A DNA stretch of 44,737 nucleotides, from NCBI GenBank assembly GCA_022865275.1, contig JALIDQ010000002.1, positions 1-44,737 on the forward strand. Reading direction: 5' to 3'. The DNA is from Candidatus Nanohalarchaeota archaeon QJJ-9. Its GTDB lineage: Archaea; Nanohalarchaeota; Nanosalinia; Nanosalinales; Nanoanaerosalinaceae. Under the pieces are notes generated by a model, which saw only the letters and a program-made list of their open reading frames with translations, had not been told where the DNA came from and ran no database searches. This document shows positions 9,620 through 18,547 of this stretch, piece after piece; the stretch's first letter is position 1; every line of letters starts with the position of its first letter. A program made the position numbers and the translations under genes.

Positions 9620-9919
9620 TCACCTTTCTTTTACATAACCCCACTTAGGAGGCAACCTTTTACTTATTCTCTCTTCCGGTTTTCCTTCCAACAGTTTCCC
9701 GTTGACCTTAACTTTTTTATCCCCAAGGTAAAACCGGAAGACTGATTCTTCCTTGGGTATCTTAGCTCTACTATCCTTCCTGCCTATTATTAATATTCCT
9801 TCAGTCTCATCGACTACTTTACCCTCTATACCTTCCTTTTCAGGGTCGCTGGACTCCACTACTTCTGTCTTGAGCCCTATGAGTTCGTGCCTCGGAAGGT
9901 TTTCAGGTTCCCTGGGCAT
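9620..9919 (-). CDS. rnp1: Ribonuclease P protein component 1 (Rpp29/Pop4)
   Basis: HELIGL, GIEGKVVDET, IPK, GKPEER; canonical position before uS17. Confidence 0.94.
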   Translation of the reverse strand: MPREPENLPRHELIGLKTEVVESSDPEKEGIEGKVVDETEGILIIGRKDSRAKIPKEESVFRFYLGDKKVKVNGKLLEGKPEERISKRLPPKWGYVKER

Positions 9920-9952
9920 CAATACATCCTTTAAACGGAACCTTTTTAATCA

Positions 9953-10261
9953 CTAGTGAACCTCGATCGAATCTTCTTCGAATCCCAGCTCGCTCAGCAC
10001 ATCCTTTATCCGGCGGGTATGGTCTCCCTGCAGTTCTATTTTGCCTTCCTTTGAGGTTCCCCCGCATGCGAGCTTTGACTTGAGCTTTGACTCGAGGCTC
10101 CCTATATCGACGTCCTCATCGTCAAGCCCCTCGATTACGGTCATGACTTTTCCTAGGCTTCGGTCGGAAGTCCTTACTTCAATCTTCTGCTCTTCCCTTG
10201 CTATGTCCTTGCAGACACAGATGTCCTTGGGCAAGCCGCAGTTAGGACAGTTTTCTGTCAT
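9953..10261 (-). CDS. sui1: Translation initiation factor aIF1 (SUI1)
   Basis: [24 protein letters not shown]. Confidence 0.96.
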   Translation of the reverse strand: MTENCPNCGLPKDICVCKDIAREEQKIEVRTSDRSLGKVMTVIEGLDDEDVDIGSLESKLKSKLACGGTSKEGKIELQGDHTRRIKDVLSELGFEEDSIEVH

Positions 10262-10461
10262 CTTTTCTCCTTCTGGTTTTCTATAGTTTTTATTCTCGCT
10301 ATGGTTCGCTTGATCTCTTTTATCCTTCCTGGATCCTCCGGAAAGCCGCCACTAGCGACTTTACCGTCTTCCTTGGAAAGTTCTAACTTAAGATCGTTTA
10401 ACTTCTCCTCCCTTTCCTTGGCTGACATGTCTCTAATTTCTTCGGCTTTTAGGATTGCCAT
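10258..10461 (-). CDS. rpl29: 50S ribosomal protein uL29
   Basis: [22 protein letters not shown]. Confidence 0.96.
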   Translation of the reverse strand: MAILKAEEIRDMSAKEREEKLNDLKLELSKEDGKVASGGFPEDPGRIKEIKRTIARIKTIENQKEKR

Positions 10462-10479
10462 AGTAGTATCCTCTATAAA

Positions 10480-11187
10480 CTAGTCTTTCTCTTCTTCAGT
10501 TTCATCTCCAGCGTTTTCGTCTTCTTCGTTCCTATCTTCTTCGCTTTCTTCCTCAGCTTCTTCTTTCTCCTCTTTCTCTTCTTCCTCTTTCTCGAGCTTC
10601 TCTACTGCCTGCTTTCTTGTAAGATAGGATGGAAGTTCTTTCATTATCCTTACCTTTATACCAAGAGCTCCAGGCTGTGTGACGGCTTCTTCGTACGCAT
10701 AGTCCACGTGTTCCTTTGCAGTATTACCACACCGCTTGACATAGCCTTGGGTAAACTTTGCAGTCCTTCCTCTGGAACCGCTTAGCTTTCCGGCAATACT
10801 TATCTGCACTCCTACAGCACCGGACTCCATAACACGTCTCGCGTAGGTATTTCCTACACGCTTTGGATGTCCTCCCTTCTCAAGCCAGCCCGAAATATTC
10901 TTCGCTACTACTCTAGCATCTAAATCCGGCTCTTCTACCTCCTGAGCCTCTATTTGAGGGTTTTCTATATTGAAACGTCTTTTTACAGTCTCAGTTACTT
11001 CCTTAATTCTGTGCCCTCCTGAACCTATTACAAGACCAGGTTTCTGGCTGTAAATCGTTATCTTAGTGGAAGTACTGGTTTTAGTGAAGTCTATATGACT
11101 GTAGTTCGCCCCTTCTAACTCTTCTTCCAGGTATTCTTCAAGCTTAGCCTTGTTGATGTTTTCTTTTACAAACTCTTTTTCGATCAT
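10480..11187 (-). CDS. rps3: 30S ribosomal protein uS3 with an acidic tail
   Basis: KH domain PGLVIGSGG, GKLSGSR, LGIKVRI. Confidence 0.96.
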   Translation of the reverse strand: MIEKEFVKENINKAKLEEYLEEELEGANYSHIDFTKTSTSTKITIYSQKPGLVIGSGGHRIKEVTETVKRRFNIENPQIEAQEVEEPDLDARVVAKNISGWLEKGGHPKRVGNTYARRVMESGAVGVQISIAGKLSGSRGRTAKFTQGYVKRCGNTAKEHVDYAYEEAVTQPGALGIKVRIMKELPSYLTRKQAVEKLEKEEEEKEEKEEAEEESEEDRNEEDENAGDETEEEKD

Positions 11188-11188
11188 A

Positions 11189-11605
11189 TTATCTCTCCCT
11201 CAGCTTGATTGTGATATTTGCTGACTTAGGTTTTCTACCCCTATGCCTCTTAGGAGTCTGATATCCTTCACCCTGGCTTGCATAAAACTCGGAAACGTAC
11301 AGATTATCAGTACTCATTCCCTGGTCTACCGCATTGCTCTCTGCAGATTTAACGAGGCTCATTATCTCCTCTGAAGCGTTTACAGGGTATCTGCCCGCAC
11401 CCATATCTCCTTTCTTGTGTGCTAAATCCTTGTTGAACTTCTTGTAGGGCACAGGTTGTTCCTTATTTATTACCTTCTCCAGCTTCTCCTTGGCTTTTTC
11501 GACCGAGTCGTTTTTTATGAAGTTGCCTACCTCTGTGGAATGCTTTCTGGAGACTGAAACATTTACTCCTCGTGCTTTTGCGGTTTTCTGATCTTCTTCG
11601 GTCAT
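11189..11605 (-). CDS. rpl22: 50S ribosomal protein uL22
   Basis: SRKHSTEV, GRYP, SAESNA. Confidence 0.96.
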   Translation of the reverse strand: MTEEDQKTAKARGVNVSVSRKHSTEVGNFIKNDSVEKAKEKLEKVINKEQPVPYKKFNKDLAHKKGDMGAGRYPVNASEEIMSLVKSAESNAVDQGMSTDNLYVSEFYASQGEGYQTPKRHRGRKPKSANITIKLRER

Positions 11606-11609
11606 TTTA

Positions 11610-11987
11610 TCACTTCAGCGGTATGTACTTCGAGCTTCTTGTTGCTCCGAGTCCTGGAGCTGAATGCTCTACTTCTTCACGGTTTCTAGTGAACTCTCCA
11701 AGGTAATGGCCTATCATTCTTTCTTCTACCTCCACTTCTACAAACTCCTGGCCGTTGTATATGCCTATAGTCTTACCGACCATCTCGGGAACTATTATCA
11801 TATCTCTGGCATGTGTTTTAACCTGGTCGTTCTCTCTTATCTCCTTAAGCAGCTTTTTCTGCCTTTCGGTTAGTCCGCGCTTTATGCTTCTTCTTTTTCT
11901 TGCAGGGAGGAGCTCTGCGAACTCGTCCATGTCCATCTTCTTCAGTTCCCCAAGCGTCTTACCGCGGTATTTGAATTCTTTAGCCAT
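11610..11987 (-). CDS. rps19: 30S ribosomal protein uS19
   Basis: [29 protein letters not shown]. Confidence 0.97.
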   Translation of the reverse strand: MAKEFKYRGKTLGELKKMDMDEFAELLPARKRRSIKRGLTERQKKLLKEIRENDQVKTHARDMIIVPEMVGKTIGIYNGQEFVEVEVEERMIGHYLGEFTRNREEVEHSAPGLGATRSSKYIPLK

Positions 11988-11997
11988 TCTTTAACAC

Positions 11998-12699
11998 CTA
12001 CTCTTTCTTCTTACCAGACCGTTTTGCTGAAATGTTTCCGACCTTCTGTCCTGGAGGCGAGTCTCCTGAGACTGTTTTAGGCCTTCCAGGATCTGCTGAA
12101 CCACCAAATGGGTGATCTGTAGCGTTCATAGCTACCGCCGATGTTCTTGGATAAAGCTTACCCCTTGCTTTAGATTTGTGGTGCATGTCTCCGGCCTTTT
12201 TCAAGTCTTTATCCGTCCTTCCAGCTCCTGATACCTTTCCTATAGTAGCTCTACAGTCTGGGCTTATGTCCTTTATACTCTTTGAGGGTAGTCTTACCTT
12301 TGCAGAGTCTCTAGTATGCGTTACGATAAACCCGTGCGTGCCTGAGGAACGGGCGATCTTCCCTCCGTCTCCCGGAGTCAGTTCTATATTGTATATAGGG
12401 ACTCCTTCCGGAATTTCTTTCAAGGGTAGGGTGTTTCCTGTCTCAAGAGGAGCATCTCTTGAAATGGTTATCTCATCTCCCTCAGTCATCCCCTCTGGGG
12501 CAAGTATGTATTCCTTGTCCTCCTCGCTGAACTTTACCTTGGCTATAGGCGCGGTTCTTCCAGGGTCATGTTCTATACTTACGACTTCCCCTGTCTTATC
12601 TCCTCTAGGATATTCTACTCCTCCCTTTGCCTTGTGGGAGTTAGCCTTGTATGTATGTGATCCTTTTCCTCTTCTTCTTGAGATAATTCTCTTGCTCAT
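11998..12699 (-). CDS. rpl2: 50S ribosomal protein uL2
   Basis: HDPGRTAP, GDGGKIARSSG, AMNATDHPFGG. Confidence 0.98.
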   Translation of the reverse strand: MSKRIISRRRGKGSHTYKANSHKAKGGVEYPRGDKTGEVVSIEHDPGRTAPIAKVKFSEEDKEYILAPEGMTEGDEITISRDAPLETGNTLPLKEIPEGVPIYNIELTPGDGGKIARSSGTHGFIVTHTRDSAKVRLPSKSIKDISPDCRATIGKVSGAGRTDKDLKKAGDMHHKSKARGKLYPRTSAVAMNATDHPFGGSADPGRPKTVSGDSPPGQKVGNISAKRSGKKKE

Positions 12700-12709
12700 A
12701 TCAATCCCC

Positions 12710-12970
12710 TCACAGCATTCCTAGTTTTGTGGCGACATCCAAGGCTTCGTAATCGTCTGTAAGCCTTACGAAGGCCTTTTTCTCGCCGTCCTGTGTTATT
12801 AGAGTGTTTACCTTCTCGACTTCCACGTCAAACATACTTTCTACAGCATCTTTTACCTGTAACCTATTTGACCTTTCGTCTACTATAAATACGAGAGTAT
12901 TCTCCTCATCCACCTTCCCCACAGACTTCTCTGTCAGGTGCGGGTGCTTGATTATCTCGTTTGATTCCAT
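12710..12970 (-). CDS. rpl23: 50S ribosomal protein uL23
   Basis: HLTEKS, VEKVNT, KKAFVRL. Confidence 0.96.
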   Translation of the reverse strand: MESNEIIKHPHLTEKSVGKVDEENTLVFIVDERSNRLQVKDAVESMFDVEVEKVNTLITQDGEKKAFVRLTDDYEALDVATKLGML

Positions 12971-12981
12971 CTTTTAAAACC

Positions 12982-13803
12982 TCAGTTGAAAAGGTTTTCC
13001 TCCTCTAGTTTTTCTATAGCGTTTTCAGACCATACAGTAAGCCTTCCTACGTGAGTTCCAGGAGCAAGCATCTCCGCGTTCAGGTTCTCGACCTCTACCG
13101 CTTCCACGCCTGGAAGATTTCGTGCGGCGTTCTTTATACCTCTGTCTTCCCCTACGACTATCAGAGGGCCGGTTTTTCTCTTGTACTTTCTTCCTCTATT
13201 CTTCCCTTTACCTGCTCTAACCTTTTTCTTCTCGCATCGCTTGAGCTCTTTTTCAAGGCCGAGCTCTACTAGTGTATCTATTACCTCAGCAGTTTTTTGC
13301 TTCTCTTCTATACTGTCTTCCACTACAAGAGGAAGATCTATTCCATCGACTTTGTGGCCTCTTTCTTTGACTTTTTCCAAGTCTTTCGTAGCGGATATAG
13401 CTGACCTTATAGCCTTACGCCTTTCTTTTTCATTAATATCTTTACTGAAGTCTTTCTCGGCTTTAGGAGGATGCGCTCTTCTACCGCCTACTGTCTGTGG
13501 TGCCTTTCCTCCTGGCCCGCTCATCTGCATTCCCCGTCTGAAAACGATCTTTCTCGGAGTCCTTGACGAAGGATAGCTTTTACCTCTTCTTGAGCGGTAG
13601 GCTCTGTTCCTGTTCCTCCACTGGGTAACATGCTGCAGTCCTGATTTTTTATCAGCTCCATATGACTGTCTATTCTTTGACTGAATTGAAAGGACTGCTT
13701 TCTTCACGATATCGTCTCTAACCCTTTCGTTGAACTGGGCGGGAAGCTCTACTTCCCCTTCTTTTTCACCTTCAGTTGTCTTTACTTCTGTCATTTCTAT
13801 CAC
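12982..13803 (-). CDS. rpl4: 50S ribosomal protein uL4
   Basis: GGRRAHPPK, RAGKGKNRGR, LAPGTHVGRLTVW; the start may be the ATG at 13794. Confidence 0.97.
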   Translation of the reverse strand: MIEMTEVKTTEGEKEGEVELPAQFNERVRDDIVKKAVLSIQSKNRQSYGADKKSGLQHVTQWRNRNRAYRSRRGKSYPSSRTPRKIVFRRGMQMSGPGGKAPQTVGGRRAHPPKAEKDFSKDINEKERRKAIRSAISATKDLEKVKERGHKVDGIDLPLVVEDSIEEKQKTAEVIDTLVELGLEKELKRCEKKKVRAGKGKNRGRKYKRKTGPLIVVGEDRGIKNAARNLPGVEAVEVENLNAEMLAPGTHVGRLTVWSENAIEKLEEENLFN

Positions 13804-14759
13804 TTCTCGATGTGTGTTATCTCAGGGTTTTTGGGATAGCTGTCCTTTCTAAGTGCAGACCTTAACATTGTTAACCTTTTCGAAGGCCCTGGGACAGACC
13901 CTTTTACAATAATATAGTCGTTTTCTACCTCGCCGTACTTTGTAAAGCCTCCTTCTGCGTTTACTTCTTCTGGATTCTCTCCTATCTTTAGAAGCCTTTT
14001 GTTAAACTCTGTACGCCTTACATTACCTGTCTGACCTGCCTGAGGAACTTTCCAGGAAGTATGGTCGGGATGCCATGGACCGAGGTTTGCTGCCTTTCTA
14101 GATATCTTCTGGTCCTTTCTTTTCATTGGTTTTACACCGTGCCTCTGTACAGCTCCTTCCCATCCCTTTCCTTTGGTTATACCTATAACGTCCAGATATT
14201 CTCCGCTGTCGAAGACATCGTGAACGCTTACTTCGCCCCCGAGCTTCTCTTTTGCATATCCTATCTGGTTCTCTACAGAGCCTCCTACAGGCATCTCGAA
14301 TACTTCAGGCTTTTTCTTACCTATGCCTGCTTTATACGGCTGTGTATGGACTAGAAGCTTTATCTCGCTTACTTTTTCCTTCTCCAGTTCTTCAGGATCG
14401 TGGCCTTCTTTAGGAGCATCGATCTTTCTCTCAAGGTTGTCGTGGAGGTTGTCTCCTATAATATCCGTGAGGACTTCTTTTCCTTCTACCGTGTCTTCAT
14501 AACCTCTTATCCCGAAAACTTTTAGTGGAGGACATTCTAGTATAGTTACAGCGTCCGCTACTTCCCTACCTTTTGATTCGGAGTTTTTACTGTCCTCTAT
14601 TCTTAGTACTCGAGTCATCCCTGCCTTGTAGCCTGCAAAACCTAGCACTTTCTGCTCCCCTGTATCTTCTACCGCATCAAGCGTAGGGTAAAGCCTATTC
14701 GACCTCTTCTGAGGCTTGTAGGCGAGTGATCCTCTTCTTGGGTGCGATTTTTCAGCCAT
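13800..14759 (-). CDS. rpl3: 50S ribosomal protein uL3
   Basis: PRRGSL, GYKAGMT, TKGKG, GPWHP, GSVPGP. Confidence 0.98.
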   Translation of the reverse strand: MAEKSHPRRGSLAYKPQKRSNRLYPTLDAVEDTGEQKVLGFAGYKAGMTRVLRIEDSKNSESKGREVADAVTILECPPLKVFGIRGYEDTVEGKEVLTDIIGDNLHDNLERKIDAPKEGHDPEELEKEKVSEIKLLVHTQPYKAGIGKKKPEVFEMPVGGSVENQIGYAKEKLGGEVSVHDVFDSGEYLDVIGITKGKGWEGAVQRHGVKPMKRKDQKISRKAANLGPWHPDHTSWKVPQAGQTGNVRRTEFNKRLLKIGENPEEVNAEGGFTKYGEVENDYIIVKGSVPGPSKRLTMLRSALRKDSYPKNPEITHIEK

Positions 14760-14865
14760 TAGTATCTCCTCCTGTGAAGTTGTTCTACTGCAGAGGCCTC
14801 CTATGAGGCTTGCCCTGTCCAGAATCTGGACATTGTATGGGCTTTAACCACTAACTTTTAAATAG
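14760..14865 (-). promoter_or_regulatory. Promoter and structured 5' leader of the S10-spc operon
   Basis: TATA-like TATTTAAA at about 14857-14864; palindrome TGTCCAGA-T-TCTGGACA (14816-14832); hairpin GCCTC-ATAG-GAGGC (14796-14809); SD AGGAGG before the rpl3 ATG. Confidence 0.6.
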
Positions 14866-14923
14866 GTAGTTAATCCCTTTCCGCTCCCTATCTTACTCAG
14901 TACTTTATGCAATGAGAAGTGTT

Positions 14924-16369
14924 TTAGCCTTTTATATTAGCTATCGGCTTGAGCCTTACAACCTTGTTGCCTATACCAAGCTGGTCGGAAACTTTGACTA
15001 CCTCGTCCACGTCTTTATAGGCTCCTGGAGCTTCTTCTGCGATTGTTGATCCGGACTGGGCTTTTACCAGTATCTTATCCCTCTTGAGCTCTTTCTGGAC
15101 GTCTTCACCCCAGTATTTGTCTTTTGCCTTTGTCCTCGACATCAGCCTTCCGGCTCCATGCGCTGTACTTCCGAAGCTGAGGTTTAACGATTTCTCTCCG
15201 CCTTTTAGGATATACGAACTGGTTCCCATAGAACCTGGAAGGATGATAGGCTGGCCTACATCTCTGTATTTATCAGGAACTTCTTCTCTTCCAGGAGGGA
15301 ATGCTCTAGTCGAACCTTTTCTGTGGATGTAGACTTCTTTTTCTTCTCCGTTTATCTTATGCTTTTCTTTCTTCGCTACGTTGTGCGCAACGTCGTATAG
15401 TACTTCCATTCCTAGTTCCTCCCATGACTGGTTGAAAATCCTTTCAAAGCTCTCTCTTACTTTTGAGGCGATGACCTGGCGGTTCGCCCATGCAAAGTTT
15501 ACAGCGGAAGCCATCGCTCCGAAGTAGTCCTCTGCAAGCGCGGATTCTCCTGGTGCGTAGGCTAGTTCCTTGTCGGGAAGCTCGTCTATCAGCTCAGGCC
15601 TTTCCTTCTCTATTCTCCTAACATAGTCGGAGCAGATCTGGTGTCCGAGGCCTCGCGACCCGCAGTGTATCATGATTAACGCTTTACCTTTTTCCAGACC
15701 GTATTCCTCCGCTACTTTCTTGTCGTATACTTCCTCCACTTTCTGTATTTCTAAGAAATGGTTCCCACTTCCTAACGACCCTACTTGGTCCCTTCCCCTG
15801 TTCTTGGCTTTTTCGGAGACTTTTGAGGCGTCAGCTTCTTCCATCTTTCCTCCGTCCTCGCACCGTTTAACGTCTTTTTCTGTCGCGTAGCCTTCTTCTT
15901 TTGCCCATTCAAGCCCTTTTTCCAGTACTTCGTCGAACTCGCTGTCTGAGCTTATGTCTGCGATACCTCCTTTTCCTGTACCTGAAGGGATTTTCTGGTA
16001 AAGGATGTTGGCTAGCTGTTCCGCTCTATCGTAGATTTTCTCTGCTTCTATATCTGTCTTTACTACTTTGACTCCGCAGTTTATATCGTAGCCGACTCCT
16101 CCAGGACTTATACCTCCTTTTTCCGTATCTAGTGCGGCTACTCCTCCGATAGGAAAGCCGTAGCCCTGGTGTCCGTCCGGCATAACCGCGGCGAATTTCT
16201 GTATGCCTGGGAGATGTGCTACATTCTTTATCTGTTGGAGTGTTTTGTCTCCTTTTATAGCTTCGAGAAGTTGTTCAGAAGCGTATACTCTGGCTGGAAC
16301 GTTCATCCCATCCTTTTTAGGAATCTTGTAGACGTTCTTGGAGACTTTTTCTATCTCTATCTCGCTCAT
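14924..16369 (-). CDS. rtcB: tRNA-splicing ligase RtcB
   Basis: MPDGHQGYGFPIGG, GYDINCG, GSLGSGNHFLE, HCGSRG, HNVAK, HRKG, PGSMG, HGAGR, EEAPGAYK. Confidence 0.98.
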   Translation of the reverse strand: MSEIEIEKVSKNVYKIPKKDGMNVPARVYASEQLLEAIKGDKTLQQIKNVAHLPGIQKFAAVMPDGHQGYGFPIGGVAALDTEKGGISPGGVGYDINCGVKVVKTDIEAEKIYDRAEQLANILYQKIPSGTGKGGIADISSDSEFDEVLEKGLEWAKEEGYATEKDVKRCEDGGKMEEADASKVSEKAKNRGRDQVGSLGSGNHFLEIQKVEEVYDKKVAEEYGLEKGKALIMIHCGSRGLGHQICSDYVRRIEKERPELIDELPDKELAYAPGESALAEDYFGAMASAVNFAWANRQVIASKVRESFERIFNQSWEELGMEVLYDVAHNVAKKEKHKINGEEKEVYIHRKGSTRAFPPGREEVPDKYRDVGQPIILPGSMGTSSYILKGGEKSLNLSFGSTAHGAGRLMSRTKAKDKYWGEDVQKELKRDKILVKAQSGSTIAEEAPGAYKDVDEVVKVSDQLGIGNKVVRLKPIANIKG

Positions 16370-16408
16370 AAAGAAGGAATTGGAACGGATTATTAAAAGT
16401 CTAACCTG

Positions 16409-16825
16409 TTACATATCCACGACCGCTTGTAGAGTAAAACCTTCTTCTCCTTCCCTTATCTCCATCTCACTGTAGGTCATCGCTTTGGCGTCTTTTACGT
16501 TTATTTCTTCTATCTTCCGCCCCTTTACTGCTGCTTCAAGCCTGTATTGTTCTTTTTCTTTCTCTATATTGACTTTAAAACCCTTAAATACCGCGTTTTC
16601 AACGTCTTTTAGATATATTAAATGGTCTAAAAACTCGTAAAGCAATGCTTCTCGGCTTTCTGCTTCTATAACGAAGCTAACCTCTTTTTCGAGGCCGATC
16701 TTTTCCAGGTCCGTCATCACTGAGAATAGAGCCTTTCCAGCGTTTTCAAACGCTTCTTCGAGGTTTTTTCCGTACGTTTGGAACTTTGCGTCAGCTTTGT
16801 GCTCCAGAATCTTGAAATCTTGCAT
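16409..16825 (-). CDS. Archease (RtcB cofactor)
   Basis: N-terminal EHKAD, LEEAFENA, C-terminal KAMTY...VVDM; adjacent to rtcB. Confidence 0.94.
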   Translation of the reverse strand: MQDFKILEHKADAKFQTYGKNLEEAFENAGKALFSVMTDLEKIGLEKEVSFVIEAESREALLYEFLDHLIYLKDVENAVFKGFKVNIEKEKEQYRLEAAVKGRKIEEINVKDAKAMTYSEMEIREGEEGFTLQAVVDM

Positions 16826-16843
16826 CTCAACCAGCTGAGAGAA

Positions 16844-17050
16844 CTAGCATTTTATCTTCTTTGCCAGCTCGGTCTTGTCCAGTTTGTGGAGGATTTTCTT
16901 TACCTCCATCCTGTAGAGTATAGGAAGCTCGTTTACTTCCTCAGCTCCGGTTGTCTCTACTCCCTCAGCTACTTCTTTAAACAGCTCCCAGTTGTCAAGC
17001 TCTTTTCTAGATGCTTCTTCCACCGCTTCCTTCAGCTCCTCCTGATCCAT
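16844..17050 (-). CDS. Hypothetical small helical protein (68 aa)
   Basis: ATG-started ORF with host-like composition filling the gap between tRNA-Ser and archease; no motif recognised. Confidence 0.65.
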   Translation of the reverse strand: MDQEELKEAVEEASRKELDNWELFKEVAEGVETTGAEEVNELPILYRMEVKKILHKLDKTELAKKIKC

Positions 17051-17107
17051 AGCTATATAGGTTTTCCTCTCCTACAAATAAAAACTCTTTGAAAGAGAAA
17101 AACTGAG

Positions 17108-17257
17108 CGCCGGGAGTGGGATTTGAACCCACGCAGGCTGTAACGCCCACCAGCTATTTGTTGCGAAAACCATAAATTTTCTTCACTGCATTCTCTTGTA
17201 AAACTCCGAATGCAGTGGTCTCCAAGCTGGCGCTCTACCAGACTAAGCGACCCCGGC
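17108..17257 (-). tRNA. tRNA-Ser(GGA) with a 64-nt intron at 37/38 (intron 17156-17219)
   Basis: Acceptor GCCGGGG/TCCCGGC with G73; anticodon stem CCAGC/GCTGG, loop TT-GGA-G|A; long variable arm; T arm GTGGG-TTCAAAT-CCCAC. Confidence 0.92.
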
Positions 17258-17309
17258 AACTAGTGTATAGTCTCTCCCAACAACTAGAAGAAAGGTTTAT
17301 GCGCAATTT

Positions 17310-18095
17310 TTAATAAGCATTACCCGTACCGAATAACTCGTCAAACCTTTCTTCCTCCACCAGAAAGCCTAGCTTCTCCCTTGCTTCGTGGAGGCTTTCA
17401 ACCTCAAGAAACCTATCCTTGTCTATTCCATCCTCTACTTCATTGTTAATAGACCATTCAGTATCTCTGTTGTAGTAGATAGCCTTACCTCCTGCCTTAA
17501 GTATTGGAATGATATCATGCCTCATAGAATCTCCTGCATGGACTACTTCCTCCGGCTCAACCCCTAAATCGTCTAAAACTTCCTTGTATTCCTCCGCACT
17601 CTTCTCTTCCATTATCTTTATCTCATCAAAGTATTTTTCAAGACCCAGTGCTCGAATCTTCCTTCTTTGAATTTCTTCATCTCCTAGGGTTAGGAGAACC
17701 ATCTGGACGTCTTTATCCTTTAAGTATTCCAAAAGCTCTTTTCCTCCTTCTTCGAACCCATTATCTGCGTATTCATCCTCTGAGAGATACACTCTTCTTC
17801 CGATCTCCTCCGCCTGTCTTAGATCTTCCTGGCTTACTTCGAAACCGTATTCTTCACCAAGTTCTTCAAGTCCTCGCTTGAAGGCTAATATACTTCTCTC
17901 TTTATCGAATCCGTACTCGTCTATCAGCCCCTCATCTACATTATCAACTGCTCCAAGTATCTCTTCTTCTGACAGATGCGCGTCAAACTTTCTCTGGACC
18001 CAGTGCACGAACGCTTCCCGCACGAGCTGATAGTTCTCGAACGTCGGCATCAGCATGTCGTCCAGATCAAATGAGAGGATGGTTTCCGAGTTCAT
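17310..18095 (-). CDS. HAD-superfamily hydrolase
   Basis: Motif I FDLDDML, motif II LLTLGD, motif IV GDSMRHDI. Confidence 0.88.
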   Translation of the reverse strand: MNSETILSFDLDDMLMPTFENYQLVREAFVHWVQRKFDAHLSEEEILGAVDNVDEGLIDEYGFDKERSILAFKRGLEELGEEYGFEVSQEDLRQAEEIGRRVYLSEDEYADNGFEEGGKELLEYLKDKDVQMVLLTLGDEEIQRRKIRALGLEKYFDEIKIMEEKSAEEYKEVLDDLGVEPEEVVHAGDSMRHDIIPILKAGGKAIYYNRDTEWSINNEVEDGIDKDRFLEVESLHEAREKLGFLVEEERFDELFGTGNAY

Positions 18096-18190
18096 AGGAA
18101 TGGTATTTTTAAAGGCTAACTCTTATATTATTACCGCCTCAGAGACCAACGAAACCTTTTAAAAGGTCAGTTCCGGTTCGTTGATATACA

Positions 18191-18499
18191 ATGGAAAAGG
18201 CAAGAGTCAAGCTTAGAAGCAGTGATTCGGAAAAGCTCGACAGTCTGGCAGAGGAAGTTATAGGAGTAGCAGACGAATACGACGCTTCAGTCTCAGGACC
18301 TGTACCACTGCCAACAGACCACCTGAGAATTCCTATAAGAAAAGCTCCGGACGGAGAAGGAGCTTCTACTTTTGAGAGGTGGGAGATGAGAGTCCACAAG
18401 CGGATTATCGACGTAGCAGAGTCAGAGAGAGCTCTCCGCCAGATAATGCGAGTACATGTACCGGAAGGAGTGAACATCGAAGTAGAACTGATGGAGTAG
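18191..18499 (+). CDS. rps10: 30S ribosomal protein uS10
   Basis: GPVPLPT, RKAPDGEG, WEMRVHKRIID. Confidence 0.97.
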   Translation: MEKARVKLRSSDSEKLDSLAEEVIGVADEYDASVSGPVPLPTDHLRIPIRKAPDGEGASTFERWEMRVHKRIIDVAESERALRQIMRVHVPEGVNIEVELME

Positions 18500-18547
18500 T
18501 CTTACTCTTCTTCCATAATTCTTTTCGATTCTCTATTTTGGAACAGT

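Noticed and set aside
12-14354. Many plus-strand ORFs (Ser/Phe/Leu-rich) opposite cbf5, secY and the r-protein genes
   Set aside because: Antisense shadows of purine-rich coding strands; no motifs; fully overlapping confident genes.
14924-16369. Possible intein in RtcB (a frequent intein host)
   Set aside because: Normal length (481 aa) with contiguous motifs and no intein signature. EF-2 is also of normal length.
17156-17219. Box C-like GTGAAGA in the tRNA-Ser intron
   Set aside because: There is no CTGA box D in the intron, so a C/D guide RNA is not supported.
17053-17259. 68-aa ORF MPGSLSLVERQ... over tRNA-Ser; possible protein-coding intron
   Set aside because: It runs through both tRNA exons, and the 64-nt intron is too short to encode a homing endonuclease or similar protein.
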